Position numbers and translations under genes: made by a program
Shown here: positions 37,161-50,452 of the stretch, piece after piece
Numbering within the stretch: position 1 is the first letter of the stretch
Layout: every line of letters begins with the position of its first letter
Notes under the pieces: generated by a model
Told to the model about the DNA's origin: nothing
Database searches by the model: none
Seen by the model: the letters and a program-made list of their open reading frames with translations, nothing else
Source: Pavona decussata
Taxonomy: Eukaryota
Reading direction: 5' to 3'
Assembly: GCA_977016875.1 (NCBI GenBank)
Contig: CDRNST010000218.1
Span: forward strand, 1,240,001 to 1,304,000
Length of the DNA: 64,000 bases

Positions 37161-38524
37161 ACAGTGTTTTCTGGACTTAATGGAATGACGTTAGGTTACC
37201 AAATCCTCATATATGGTTATTTAGTTATGGGCATCTTCAAGTTTGAAAATAACTAATCAAGAGGATCTTTGTGTCTCATTAGTAGTGACTGTCATGACAG
37301 TATCATGAGCATGTGGAACGTGATAATGAGCCATTCACAAAGCAAATTTCATAGACCTCATCGTTTGGGATATATCCTTATAAATTTCATTATAAATTCA
37401 CTATGCCCAGCTCTTGCTTTTTACCGAATAAACACATGCCATAATGAAACATTTATAATTATAATTTAATGTATAATACAAGTCAACACCATGTGTGTCT
37501 GAATTTTTTATTTACTTCTGGTTTTCTTCTCTCTTGTACTATATAAATGCACCTCTAATACCCTTGTAGCAATAGCTTCATATCAAATAACTGAAGCCGG
37601 TTAGCAACTGTTTCAAATCCAAGATTTGGGAAATAATGTCCAAATACATAACTAAGGGGAGAATTGGAATTGGTTTTTAACTTTCCCAATCTTTTTTTCA
37701 AAACAGTAACTTTGACCTTTACGGGAACTAAAAATTCCCAATTTTGTTGCCCAAGCTATGTCCCAATTCTCTCCTACATTTGGGTAAATCGATAATTTTC
37801 CAAAACTGTTTTCCCAATATTTTCCCATTTCTGGAAAATCATGTCCCAAATACAAATAAATATGGGATAAAGGTGAACTGTCTTAAGATTTCCCAAAATT
37901 TTCCCAAAATAGCAATTTTCACTTTTTATCATCTCAAAAAATTCCCAATTTTTTGTCCAATATTTTCCCAGAGAAGGAAAATCATGTTCCATTTATTTCT
38001 CAAAATTGGGTAAAATCCCATAATTTTCCCAAAGTTGAGTCGTGAAAAGATAATTTATTTTTTTTCCCCAAAAAAATCCCTAATTGTGAAGTAGAAGGTG
38101 GTACAAGGTTCCAAAATTTTCCCAAATTTGGGAAAATATTTCCCAGTTTTATCCCAATATTTTCCCAAATTTGGGAAAATTTACAGAAATTTCCCAATTT
38201 GGGAATCCAAAATTTTTCCTGTGATTTTGGTTGGTTCTAGGAAGGCCGCCCTTCTTATCCTCCTTAACATCCAAAACGAGATTGAAATCGCCTCCCAAGA
38301 TAATTTCTTCGCAGGCAAAATCGTGTAAGTGATCAAAAAACTGCTTAAAAAATGTCGGGCAGTCTTCATTAGGAGCGTAAATGTTTGCAAGGGTAAACAG
38401 TTTTTCGTCAGTTTTAATATCGCATATAATATCACGTCCGGAGGAGTCCAAAAAGGTTTTCAAAATATCAAATTTAAAATTGTTGTTGAAGAGAATGCAG
38501 ACGCCTGCTGAGCTGCTTGAAAAG

Positions 38525-41500
38525 TGTAGACTTTGTAAACACGCATTCAAGCAAATCAGTGTGATTGAACCGGATTTAATCCACAAGATCAAACTCAACA
38601 CCAACCGACATTACAGATTCTCTCAGGCTCTTATCCTGTAATAATCTTGTGAGTATCCCGGCATACACTACAACCCCTCATCCCCTAAGAAATAGAGCTT
38701 TAAATGTACAACAACGTCAAATCAATATAAACTGTCCAAATGAGTTCAGATAAATCATTCAATGTATCTGTTCAAAGCAGATTGTTCAAAATGTTCAGCA
38801 CATCTCAATAGGTTCAACTCGATAATGTTTCAAAGTGTTCAAAAGTTAAGTATAGTCCGTACATCTTGTAGTTCAACACAATGCATCAATAAGGTCAACT
38901 TGGTGACACTTCAAAGTGTTCAAAAGTTCAGCCTAGTCTGTACACCTCGTAATCATTTAAGTACTCTGGTGGCTTCCTTTCCCTGGTTGGTCTCCCTGGT
39001 GGCTCCACTACCCGTTTTGTGACACTTTCTTCTATGGCATCATGTGCAGTGGCTTGTTTCTCTGTGGTCTCAGCCTCTCTCAGGTACTTCTTCACATCAG
39101 TTACATTTCTCCTGTAGTTGACTCCTTCAGGTGACTTAACAACAACTTCGCTCTCATACCACCCGCTAACATTGTAAGGGGGGCCTTCAAACGTGGTTGA
39201 TAACTTGTTTTCTTTCTTCTGCTTCAACAGGACTTGATCTCCGAGTTCTAGGTCACTCTCTTGGGCTCTCCTCTTCTTGTCTGCATAATCAGTTGTGGAC
39301 TGTTTCATCTCTGCATCTTTGTCCCTTGCTTCGCTGTCAGTACAACCAGACTCTCTCAGCTCAGGAACCTTTGACCTGACTTCTCTGTTAAACAACAGTT
39401 TGGCTGGCGTAACACCGGTGGTACTATGTGGTGTCGTCCTGTAGGCTGTCAGGAACTTTCGCAGCTCTGTCCAGAGGTTCTTCCTTTCTGTTTTGGCAAT
39501 CTTCAGGGTTTGAGGCAGGCTTCTATTTTGTCGTTCAACCTCCCCATTCGCCTGGGGGCCATAATGGAGTAGAGGTCCTGTGCTTTATGTCATTCTCCTT
39601 TAGGAACCCCTCAAATTCTTTGGAAACGAACTGTGGACCATTGTCTGTGGTAATCCATGAGTGCAAAATATCTTCTCCAAGCTTTCAATGACTTTGGTGG
39701 ATGTTACCGACGTACCGACGTCAGGATGTCAACTTCAAAGTACCGACTATAATAGTCAACAACAACAAATACATACTCTCCCGAAGGTAAGGGCCCCATC
39801 AAATCCGCTGCTAGGTCAATCCAAGGTTGGCTAGGGAATTCTGGTGGAGTGGGCAGTCCAACTAATTGACAGCTATGACATGTCTTGCACCGATCTTCTA
39901 CTTGTTGTCAATTCCAGCCCACCAAACTTTTGTTCGTAGCCTCTGCTTTGTCTTCACCACACCCTGGTGGCCCTCGTGCGCCAAATCTAAAACCCTCTGA
40001 CATAGGCTTGTTGGGATGTTCTCCTTGGCACTAACTTGCCGAAGGTGCAAAGTTCATTTCTTATGGCTTTGTACTGTGGCGGGGCTTTGTCCCAGTCTCC
40101 CGTTGAGATGCATTCCCTTAGGCGTGACATTTCTGGATCAACAGCTGACTCTTCTTCTTCTTCTTCTTCTCTTATGGGTATTGCTACTGGTGCTGAGGCT
40201 TCTGCTACAAACCTAATAAACTCTTCTGCATCATCAGAACTAATTCTCAATTCGTCCTTTCCAGTAGGCCGTGAAAGTGAGTCAGCAATGTTCTGTTTGC
40301 CTGACACATACTGTACGCGGAACCTGTGCGGTTGAAGTCGCAGGACCCACCGCTCTTTTCTTGCCGAGTTGTGAGAACTGGTTGAGTAGATAACCTCTAA
40401 CGGCTTGTGGTCTGTTAGCAACGTAAAGTCCATCTCATATAGATAGACATGAAATCTCTCACACCCCCATACAAGACCTAGCGCCTCTCTTTCTGTCTGC
40501 GAGTATCTACGCTCGACATCCGTCAAACTTCGGCTTGCGTATGCAACCACACGCTCCTGTCCTTGCTGGACCTGGGTTAGCACCGCTCCAAGTCCTACAG
40601 GGCTCGCATCTGTGACAAGCTTTGTTTCTTCTGCATTTCTGTCAAAGTAAGCCAAGGTTTCTGCATTTCCTAGGCTACTCTTCAAGGTGTCGAAAGCAGC
40701 TTGTTGTTCTGAACCCCAAACAAAGGTTACATTCTTCCTTGTTAACTCTCGGAGGGGCTCTGTGATACTTGCTAAATTAGGGATGAACCTGGCACTTAAG
40801 TTCACTTATCCCAGGAAACTGCGCACCTCCCCAGCATTTCCAGGCTCTTTAGCTCGCAACACCGCTTCAACACGTGACTCTGTAGGGCCAATTCCTTTGC
40901 TTGACAGCAAGTATCCCATAAAAGTAAGCTGTGACATCCCGAATACACACTTCTCCCTGTTCAGAGTTAGTCCCTTCTCACAGATACATTCCAGGGTCTT
41001 TCGCAACCTACTGTCATGCTCTTCCACTGTGCGACCATGAATGATTATATCGTCATGGATGTTGTAGGCACCCTCGCAACCGGCTAGCGCTTGCTGAATA
41101 GTATACTGATACAATTCAGGGGCAGAGCTGATGCCAAACATTAGGCGTTTATATCTATACAGCCCTTTGTGAGTAATAAATGTGGTGATAGTTCTAGACT
41201 GTTGTTCCAACTCAATCTGGTGGAATCCCCATTTAAGATCCAGCTTACTAAACACCATACTCCCATTCAGTTGATACAAGATGTCGTCCACAGTGGGTAT
41301 GGGGTGACGCTCCCGTACTACAGCCTCGTTAGCCTTTCTCATATCTACGCAGAGCCTGACATCTCCTGAGAGCTTGGGGACTACTACAACTGGGCTCACC
41401 CATGGTGTCGGGCCTTCGACAGGTTCAATTATGTCGGAATTCACCAGCTCTTCCAGCTTCTGTTCGATTTTGTCTCTTAGCCCAAAAGGTGGGGGTCTCA

Positions 41501-42951
41501 ACTTCTGCGCAATGGGCTTGACTGACTCATCAATGTGGAGCTTTGCTTGGAAACCCTTTAGTTTCCCCACCCCCTGAAAACACTCGGGATATTCTTCCAG
41601 CAATGCGTCATGGCTGACAGTGTTGATTGCAATCTTTAATATCCCTAACTCCTCTGAGGTTTGGCGGCTAAGTATCGCCCTAGCTTTCTCCTCCACAACA
41701 ACAAAACATGCAGGGTAAACTTTATCTTTATAACACAGTTCAGTTTCACACTCACCAACCGTAGTAAGTGGCTCATCACTGCCATAGCAGTACAGTTTGC
41801 GGTTTGATTTCCTTGAGTCACATTTGATGTTGTTTCTCTTCAGCACCTCCCATGTACCCCTGTCAATGACATTGCTGGTGGACCCAGAATCAATAAGAAC
41901 TCCTTTCAGTTGTACTCCTCCAAGCTCGATGTCTACGGTTGGTATTTCCTTTCCCCTTGTTTGAATAGTAAACGCGAAACCGTCATCTTCGCTATCCTGA
42001 CAAATGTCTCCTTTCCTTGTTTTGTCATCAGATTTTGTCCTGCAAACTTTAGCAAAATGACCTACTTTTTTACACTTCCCGCAGGTAGCTAGTCTAGCTG
42101 TGCACTCCGGGTCTCGTGCGAAATGTCCCTCGAGTCCGCATCGATAACAGTTTCCTTTCCACGAATTCCCATGTGCTCCGTCCAACGTATTCACATTTTC
42201 ACCTTTTGAATCACCTTCAATCGATCGTGCCTGGCGTTCAGCGGCCTCCATGGATCTAGCAACATCTCGGGCCTTTTGAAGAGTAAGTTTGCCACTCACT
42301 GCCAGAAGTTTCTTGCGAAGATCATGCGACCGACACTTAGCGATTAGCTGATCGTGGATGTTTTCTTCCTTGGCTTCCCCAAAGTTGCAATTCTCGGCAA
42401 GCTGGAATAATCTGGTCACAAATTGGTCGGCAGTTTCTGATTCCTCCTGTTTTGCTTGTCGGAACTGGTGCCTTTCAAATGGGACGTTTACTTGTGGTAA
42501 GAAATGTGCATCGAGCGACCTCATGGCTTTCGCATAAAACGTATCACCTTCCGCAGGAACTGGTCCAGGATCGGTTAGGGTATCGAAGATATCTTGTACA
42601 TCTTGGCCAGCACAATGTAACAGCAAAGCCTTTTGCTGAGAGTCCTTTGTGATGCCCTTGGCCTCCAGGAAGAACTCGAACGATCGTTTCCATCATTTCC
42701 AACCCAGGCCCACGCTCGTCGGGTTGCCCGTGCAATCGAAGGCGTTTATGTTTCGAAACTCGGTACTCAATAACTTAACTTCCTAGTTTATCCTCGTCGC
42801 CATTGTAGACTTTGTAAACACGCATTCAAGCAAATCAGTGTGATTGAACCGGATTTAATCCACAAGATCAAACTCAACACGAACCGACATTACAGATTCT
42901 CTCAGGCTCTTATCCTATAATAATCTTGTGAGTATCCCGGCATACACTACA
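38525..42951 (-). mobile_element. Ty3/Gypsy LTR retrotransposon with 148-bp LTRs
   Basis: LTRs 38525-38672 and 42804-42951 nearly identical, TSD AAAAG, PBS TGGCGACGAGGAT (tRNA-Ser type), PPT AGGGGATGAGGGG. Confidence 0.95.
38928..42770 (-). pseudogene. Gypsy gag-pol (gag with two CCHC, PR, RT, RNaseH, IN), frameshifted
   Basis: CYRCGLEGH, LIDSGST, VRLCVDMR, LDLKWGFHQ, LMFGISSAP, IHDDI, VTDASPVG, TDHKPL, VVDYYSR, TDNGPQF. Confidence 0.92.
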
Positions 42952-43638
42952 AAAAGCAACTAAAGAGAGCTTTGTAGCCCCATTCAGATCTCCACGTGTT
43001 AATAGTTGCTTCCGTGCAGTGTACCTCTTGCAAAAAGATAATTGATTGTTGTTTGTTTCTGAGCCAGTTGAATGTCTCTCTTCTCTTGTTGTTGTTTCCT
43101 ATTCCCTTGACATTCATAGCCATTACTACAGTTAATTGCAGGGCATTGTTTTAAACAGTGAACCAGCAAAGATAAGGTGTTACCTGTTTGATTTGCATCT
43201 TTTGAGCAGAAGCAATATTTCGAATGCAAAATTGTCCAGGTTGATTTCCATAAAAAAACATTTGTTGGACGAATTTTCATAGCAACAAGATTAGAAGATA
43301 TTTTAAAACAACTAATTACATAACAGTAGGACACTTTTTCCCCAATTAAACAAAAAAAAAAACAAGTAAATAAAAACACCAAAAGAAATAAAAAATATCA
43401 CTGACTGAGCGTGGCATTTTTGTGGAAATCTAACTTGCTTGGTTTGTAGAGTCACAAAAGCAAGTAAGGTTGAAGAAAAGAGATGTATTCCGGCAAAAGC
43501 GTGTTTTCCGTCCCGTCCACCTTTCATTAGATCAAGTAAACACAAAACTAGTGCTTCAGATGAAATAACGAACATAGGTTGTTGAAGAGAACATACTAAA
43601 AGTTACAACTTAAATATTTGAGACTTGTATTATTAAAC

Positions 43639-44993
43639 TCACAGTTCTAATGGCATTCCAGGCGGCCATAATTTTCCTCTTATGTACAGTTTGTCAGGCT
43701 GGGCTTTGCTGAAGGCTGCAGGTATATTGTTGCGTCTTGCCTTTTTGAAGCGCTCTCCTACGTGCAACAATCTCAAAAGGAAGGTCTTGGTACATTTTGT
43801 AGTTGGTTTCCCAAAGACGATGTCCCAGCGAAAGAAGCTTTCCACAGTCCTTATATCGTAGGAATCTAGCAAGTATGGGTCTGGGGCTTTCTCCTCTTTC
43901 TTTTCCTAGGCAATGGACTCGCTGTATTTCAACATTGACAGCATCATCAAAGCCCAATTCCATTTCCAGGAAGGTGTGCAGCACAATCTCTGTGTCCTCT
44001 TTGTCCCATTCTTCTTCTGGAATGTTTTCAAACTTAACGTTTTCGCGCCTAGAATATGCTTCCAAATATATGTTCTTATCCTCGATCAGTTTAAAATTGG
44101 CAGGGAGCTCATCATTCTCTTTCTGTAGGGCTGCTAGACTCGATTTTGTGTTGTCTTCAAGCTTTTGTATTCTCTCGGTTGTCGTCTTTTTATCTGTTTT
44201 GTTTGCGTTTAAACTTTCTTTAAGATCTTCAACATCGCGCCTGGTGGTAGCATACGCGTCTTCAAGAGCGTGTATTCTTCCTTCTAACTTCTCGAAAGCC
44301 TTCCCAAGGTTATTGACTGCTTCTTCGATGGCATCCAGCTTTTCAAGCTTCTTAAGAATATCCTGGGCGGTAGGCCAATCACTTGTCCCCGGAATTAAAC
44401 AGAAGATTACCGAAACTGCAATTTCTCAAGTACTAATTAGCAATGGCGAAGCTGTGGCCGTGGACGGAGGCACAACTGGACACACCATGACGTCAATGGG
44501 TGAAAGCCTACGGGAAGCCCAGAGACCGACAAGGTCATTGGCAACGCCAAAATCAAGAATGCGTAGCAATGGGGTGGCAACCCGAGGGAAAGAGGAAAGT
44601 AGGGCGACCTAAAATCACGTGGAGGAGGACAGTGGAAAGAGAGTGCAGACAAGAAAGGTGGACCAGCTGGGCTGAAGCCAGGACTGCAGCAAAAGACAGG
44701 ACTGGTTGGAAAACGAAAGTTGCAGCCTTATGCGCCTCATGGCGCGGAGAGAACTAACTAACTAACTAACTAAGAATATCGCGCAGTGGCTTTTGAAAGG
44801 CTTCGGCCATATTCAGAGCAGATAGGATAATATCGTCACCTTCGTTGCGTTCGGCCTGGGAAGAATTAGATTTGTCACATTCCTTTAGTTTCTTTGGTTC
44901 TGGCGAGGTATCTAGAGAACTATCGGAGTAAAACTGACTTGTTCTTTTTTTAGTGAGCAGTAGCTTAAAAAAATCTTCCATTAAGTCATCCAA
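43639..44993 (-). pseudogene. L1 ORF1 (coiled coil plus RRM/CTD), interrupted by RTE fragment
   Basis: YMEAYSRRENVKFENIPE..IQRVH..PRPILARFLRY..DKLYIRG; N-terminus 44993-44781. Confidence 0.88.
44363..44770 (+). mobile_element. 5'-truncated RTE-type LINE 3' end
   Basis: WQPEGKRKVGRPKITWRRTVE..W...VAALCA* then (AACT)n tail; TSD TAAGAATATC (44353-44362, 44771-44780). Confidence 0.85.
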
Positions 44994-45699
44994 ATGGTAA
45001 TATTAGGTGGACGGTTTTCCAACACGTTTTCACTCCGCCATTGCCAGTCCCAGTCCCCCACCTAAAATATTTTGAAACAACATTACACTTCTCTTATTGG
45101 GAAGCAATATTCAATGTCACTTACTAACTGAAGGAATCCACACACACCGCAACGTGGGCAAAAGTGGCTGGAAAGAAGGCTGTGCAAGATTCCTACAGCG
45201 TCGCTGTACGTGAAAACGAGACTGTGAAATTGAGACAAGAAACTCATATTTTCTTGCTATAGTACGCCACAGAAACACCAACCAAGATTAGGATGGCATT
45301 TTGCGAACGCAATTACAATATAAATTTAATAGATGAAGTGTTTGGGACACTTTTCTTTAGAAAAAATGGAATTTTTTGTCCTGATTTTTTTTCTTCAAAA
45401 CTTAAAGAATCCTGTGAATAGGAATTCGAGAAGGTTCTCTATCCCTTGTTCTTCTCTGATTTCTTTTCAAAAGGGATTGAATTTTCTTTAAATCCCTTAC
45501 AATTAAGCCTTCTTCAACATTAAACTCACACAAGGTTGATTTCTTTACATAATCAAAGCAAAAACAATTATTCATCGAGGCCTTAAAAGGAAGTTCTGTA
45601 TGACTTGCAGTGATAACTTTTCTGCAGATATGACATAGTGAACGCCGAGAGACGAGAATCGGTATATTGGAGTCTTCATGCATACGTGCAGAACTCAGA

Positions 45700-45900
45700 A
45701 AATTTGTTTTCTGACCACATATCATGGCCGTCTTTCGAGCTGTGTTACTTGGTAAGTTAATTTTCTGACCACAAATCATGGCTGTTTTTCCAGCTACACA
45801 ACTCAGTGAGTTAATTTTCCGACCACAAATCATGGGCGTTTTCCAAGCTACACAGTTCGGTGAGTTAATTTTGTGACCACAAATTAGGCCGTTTTCCAAC
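45700..45900. repeat. 57-bp degenerate tandem repeat (about 4 units)
   Basis: TTAATTTTCTGACCACAAATCATGGC recurring at a 57-bp period. Confidence 0.7.
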
Positions 45901-46815
45901 ACCGAGCTACACAACACAGACAGTGTTCAAATCCATTTAGGACCACAAGGTCGTTTGTTGCTGAAGGCGAACGGATTGAAATCACACCGTCACCTTGCAG
46001 CTTTGTCTTCGCACCCGCAGTCATAATACTTCCCTAAGGCATCAATAAATATAACAGCAACAGTTTTTTACCGCATGATTTTCAAATCCAAGAAACAAAG
46101 GACAAATTTTACCACTTACCACGTTTTCCCCAGTCACCAATCGAAAAACAATGCCAACGCAAGACAAACAGGTCAAACAGGTCACACAAGCCCAGGCCAA
46201 TCCCGATCCCAGGCTCTCTCTCTTTGTGATGTCATCTACCCCTGCAAAAAATTCTGTGGGGGATGCCAGATGTGCGTCCCAAGATCCATTGACCCATCGA
46301 CAAGTCCAGTAAAATCTCGACTCAAATCGGTATTAGAAAGCGTGCTTCCTACGTCTAACAAAAAATTTAAATTGAGGATTTTATCAAGATTCTTACAAGT
46401 ATCTTAGGCTTAGTTCAGACGTCATGCTTCTGCCGTGCCAAACTTAGTTTCAATTGGGTTCGACCATAGCACGGCAGAAGCACGACTTTGATTCAGACGT
46501 CAGACCCGAGTCGAACTTAATTCAGAAATTACTGAAGCCACATAACAATTGATCAGCGGTATTCATTGTCAAGATAGCGCCGTATTCAAGACTAAAGTGC
46601 AAACTCCTTCTCATGAAATTTCTGCGAGACTCACGAAATCGACAGATGGAACTGCAACAGAAAATTCTTTTTCTTTTGGAACCAAGGCGAATGCTGTTAT
46701 TACCAGTTTTTATCGTTACTACACTGCTCATTTCTTCGGAGAATTCTGTAGCCGTTCGATCCTGTCGATGTCTGCCACAAAACAATGGTTGGTTTGATCA
46801 TGTATGGAACACATA

Positions 46816-49210
46816 TGTGACCTTGCACAGGAAAACGTACTTTAACGCTTATCCGTTAAACGGACAATGCCGTTAAGTATCCGTTAGTCATCCGTTAAAG
46901 AACTGTATCAAAAACGTTAGAGGCGCTAGCGTACCCATTAAACGTTCACATCAAACCGTTAGAACGGTTAGCGTAACCGTTAAAGAGAATTTGGTAGCCG
47001 TTAGAGCGGCTTAGTAAGCCGTTAGAACAGATGAAGCGCTCTCCATCCTTAACGCTATCCGCTAAACGATGTCACAAAGTTAACACAGTTAATATGAACC
47101 TTTTTTTTAATTCCCAAGTCCACTTGCTCTACAATAAGACGTCGAGAAATAACACCCGAAACTATTGTGCGGTTTTTTTTTTTCACTTCTTTCACTGTTT
47201 ATTACTGGGTTTAGTGGACAGGTATTCCAGTCATCTGTCAGAGGAAGACACAGTTACAATTTGAAATGAAGAAAACGTGACATTACCTTTTGACATTTGA
47301 TGATCTCGATAATAGTTATGCAAATTTGTAACGCTACACCGAAGATGTAAACAAAGTCTGCTCAAAGGCAAGCGAACGGCCATGTTGAAGTTTTCCCGGT
47401 TCCTTGCCGAATTCTACCGTAAACGTTGTACGTTTTTAAATAAGGAAATGCTGTTTCCGAAGATTTCATTCAAAAGATTCAAGTACAATCAAGTATAATC
47501 TTGCGTAGTGACTGCTTTTGCAGCAAAGATATTTCAGAAGTGATCGTGTTACATTCCGCAAAAAAGCCGGAATCAATCTTGTCCATGTGATCCGGCGTAA
47601 GAGTCGATCGATTGGAAGGCTGCTCTGAATCAAATTTATAAAGCCAAACATGCCAGCACTGCTAATGACTGCTACTTTTTTCAGTAACATTTTGTAAATA
47701 AAGTAGATAATTACAAAACAGCAACAATGCATGTTTACTCGTGAGGGACTCGGGCACGTGGAATCGAACATTCAAGACACGCCCTTCGAATTTGCATTAA
47801 GTTGTTTACTTTGACAGCTAACAGAAGCGCAACAACCGAGTAACGGACAATCGGTTTTCTTCTTCCTCGCTATAAGAGTTTGAAATAGTTAATACTAGGT
47901 ATTCGTAATGTGGTAATTGAAACCACAAGTTTTCTCTTGATAGCGCCTGGAATCACAGATACAATTTTTGGTTCAGAAACTGAAGCCGACTGAAGCATGC
48001 GAGGTGTCCTAGGATCCCAGACATTCTATGGATTGTGTGCGTGTATAAAACAAGGGGTGAAGAGAAATAATTTTTGTTTTCATCATTTTAGTATCTGGGT
48101 AACTTACCTTGGAAGTCAGATTCTTAGAACACTGAAAATATTTTTCTCTTCGAAAAATTCGAATTGGTGAGTCGCGACTCAAGTTCATAAGCTAACTAGA
48201 ACGAGCGACTCGATTATTTCTCGCTTGGGTTTGATCTGTTATTCGATTAAAAAAAGCCCTTTTTCAGCCTGTCGTGAATTCCACGCTTGGTTTGTGGGCA
48301 GTTTGTGAAGAGAAATAATTTTTGTTTTCATCATTTTAGTATCTGGGTAACTTACCTTGGAAGTCAGATTCTTAGAACACTGAAAATATTTTTCTCTTCG
48401 AAAAATTCGAATTGGTGAGTCGCGACTCAAGTTCATAAGCTAACTAGAACGAGCGACTCGATTATTTCTCGCTTGGGTTTGATCTGTTATTCGATTAAAA
48501 AAAGCCCTTTTTCAGCCTGTCGTGAATTCCACGCTTGGTTTGTGGGCAGTTTGTGAAGAGAAATAATTTTTGTTTTCATCATTTTAGTATCTGGGTAACT
48601 TACCTTGGAAGTCAGATTCTTAGAACACTGAAAATATTTTTCTCTTCGAAAAATTCGAATTGGTGAGTCGCGACTCAAGTTCATAAGCTAACTAGAACGA
48701 GCGACTCGATTATTTCTCGCTTGGGTTTGATCTGTTATTCGATTAAAAAAAACCCCTTTTTCAGCCTGTCGTGAATTCGACGCTTGGTTTGTGGGCAGTG
48801 TTGGGTTTAGTTTCGTTTGAGTCGCTTCACTCTTTTCCCTCAATCGTTTCGTCTCAGGTTTTCGCTTCTAACTGTACAACTGTAAATCTTTACTGTATTG
48901 TTTTCGCCATCGGCTGCGCCTTTTTTGTCATAACTCCACCGTTAAACACTTTCAGGTGGCTGTTAAGCAAACCGTTTAACACCTTTACAGCATCCGTTAG
49001 ATATTTTGCTCAACCGTTTAGCGGCTCAAGCTATCTGTTAGAGCAGATTGTTCAACTGTTCAAACGCTTTTGCAATCTGTTAGGCACTGCTTATTATCCA
49101 TTAGAATGTTAGAACAAAACGTTAAAACACTTAGAGACCGTTAGCTATCCGTCCATTTTTACCCATTTATCGGATAAGCGTTAAAGTATGTTTTCCTGTG
49201 GAAGGTCACA
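46816..49210. mobile_element. Non-autonomous TIR element (TGTGACC ends, TA or ATAT duplication)
   Basis: About 40-bp TIRs TGTGACCTT.CACAGGAAAAC.TACTTTAACGCTTATCCG; CCGTTA subterminal repeats; removing it restores the Harbinger frame. Confidence 0.88.
48057..48799. repeat. 248-bp tandem triplication
   Basis: Units start at 48057, 48305, 48553; copies 1 and 2 appear identical, copy 3 differs only near its end. Confidence 0.92.
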
Positions 49211-50452
49211 TATAGTGATATGAGATTTAATAAGACTTTCCGTGTGTCCAAGGCAACCTTCCATTTTATTCTTGGCTGAATTGAACATGACTTGCGACGG
49301 GGCACTGTCACAGAGGAGCCAATTCCACCAGCACTTAGGCTAGTAGTCTGCCTTTACCGTTTGGGAAAAGGAGACTATTTCTACACAAAAGCGGAAATGA
49401 CCGGCCTACTAGGTAACTCAACAGTTTGCGGCATAGCAAGTGAAGTTACAAAGACAATTATCAACAATCTCTGGAGTGACCAAGTCCTCTGACACTTTCC
49501 AAGGAATGAAGAGGAATTCCAGGAGAAAATTTTTGATATCGAGGAACTTCGTCAGTTCCCATGCAGTTCAAAAATTTCTATTCAATTGTCCCAATGGGCA
49601 TGGTGGATGCCAGGCGCAGATTTTTTTAGGCGAGCTGTGGATTCCCTGGGAATTCCGACGATTCAATAATTTTTCAATCAACCAACCTCTCAAGTGAAAT
49701 AACAGGTGGTCAAACAATACCTGATATAGGTAAAGACATTGGTGTCAAAGTCTCTCCACTAATGTTGGGTGATTCTGCTTTCTCTTTTCAAAGCTGGTTG
49801 ATGAAACCTTATACTAGTGCTTGGTTGACCCCCCTCACAACGGTATTTCAATTACAGGTTAAGCAGAGCAAGAATGGTCATTGAGGAGGCATATGGTGAA
49901 CTCAAAGGCAGGTGGCGAGTCCTTCAGAGGAAGTGTGAGAGTGCATAAGAAGAAGTTAGAGACAACACGCTTGCATGTATTGTGTTACATAACATTTGTA
50001 TCGAACGGGGGGAGACTTTGTTTAGACGACTGGATGCAACTGTGGATCCTGCAACAAACCAGAGAAGACCTAGAGACATCATTAGGCGCCTTCTAAACAT
50101 GATCAACTGTCACCCAAAAAGGGATAATTGTCACCAAGCAACTAGGATCAGAAATGTGCTCACACAGACGTTTTGGAGGGAAAACAAAGGATATGGTGTT
50201 ATGTGAAGGCTCAAGAAGTAGTTTGTCATGTTTTAAGCAGAAACCATTGTAAATTGAAGTTACAAATCATGCATTCATTTGACCAGAATCAAAAAACTTT
50301 TACTTGTAACATTCCAAAGGTGTTTTCCAGTTGTTTTTTGGGAAAGTAAATGGGAAATGTGTAATTTCCAATCGCTTAGCAAAACATTAGAAGTTAACAA
50401 ACAATGCAGCTTTTTTTGATGATCATTCTAGTACGTGTACCTTGTTTATTAA

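Larger units (their letters stand above)
28510..38223 (+). mobile_element. CACTA/EnSpm (CMC) DNA transposon, 9714 bp, two divergent genes
   Basis: TIRs CACAGGAAAAA(T)TTTTGGATTCCCA at both ends, TSD ATT (28507-28509, 38224-38226), dense TTCCCAA/TTGGGAA subterminal repeats, DDE transposase. Confidence 0.92.
38227..43145 (-). pseudogene. L1 ORF2 apurinic-type endonuclease, split by the Gypsy element (pieces 42952-43145 and 38227-38524)
   Basis: NVKGIGN..FLQEVH..EWG..LFSCF | SSSSAGVCILF..NIYAPN..LGGDFNL. Confidence 0.9.
25695..45059 (-). mobile_element. L1/Tx1-clade LINE, full length, degenerate, host to three insertions
   Basis: ORF1, EN and RT pieces collinear on minus; T-run at 25695; imperfect flanking duplication ACCTAAAA(AA)TATTTT at about 25683 and 45060. 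Confidence 0.85.
46613..50206 (+). pseudogene. Harbinger transposase (pieces 46613-46815 and 49213-50206)
   Basis: GWFDHVWNTY|SDMRFNKTFRVSKATF, RLVVCLYRLGKG, PGNSDDS, LGDSAF..WLMKPY, FNYRLSRARMVIEEAYGELKGRWR, LHNIC. Confidence 0.88.

Noticed and set aside
43803-44612. 269-aa ORF on +
   Set aside because: Antisense to L1 ORF1 fused to an off-frame RTE fragment.
45402-45917. 171-aa ORF on minus
   Set aside because: Half derives from the 57-bp tandem repeat and it lacks an ATG start; no domain recognised.
48057-48799. Ribozyme or gene in the 248-bp repeat
   Set aside because: No CUGAnGA/GAAA arrangement with stems on either strand; 65-aa ORFs have no recognisable motif.
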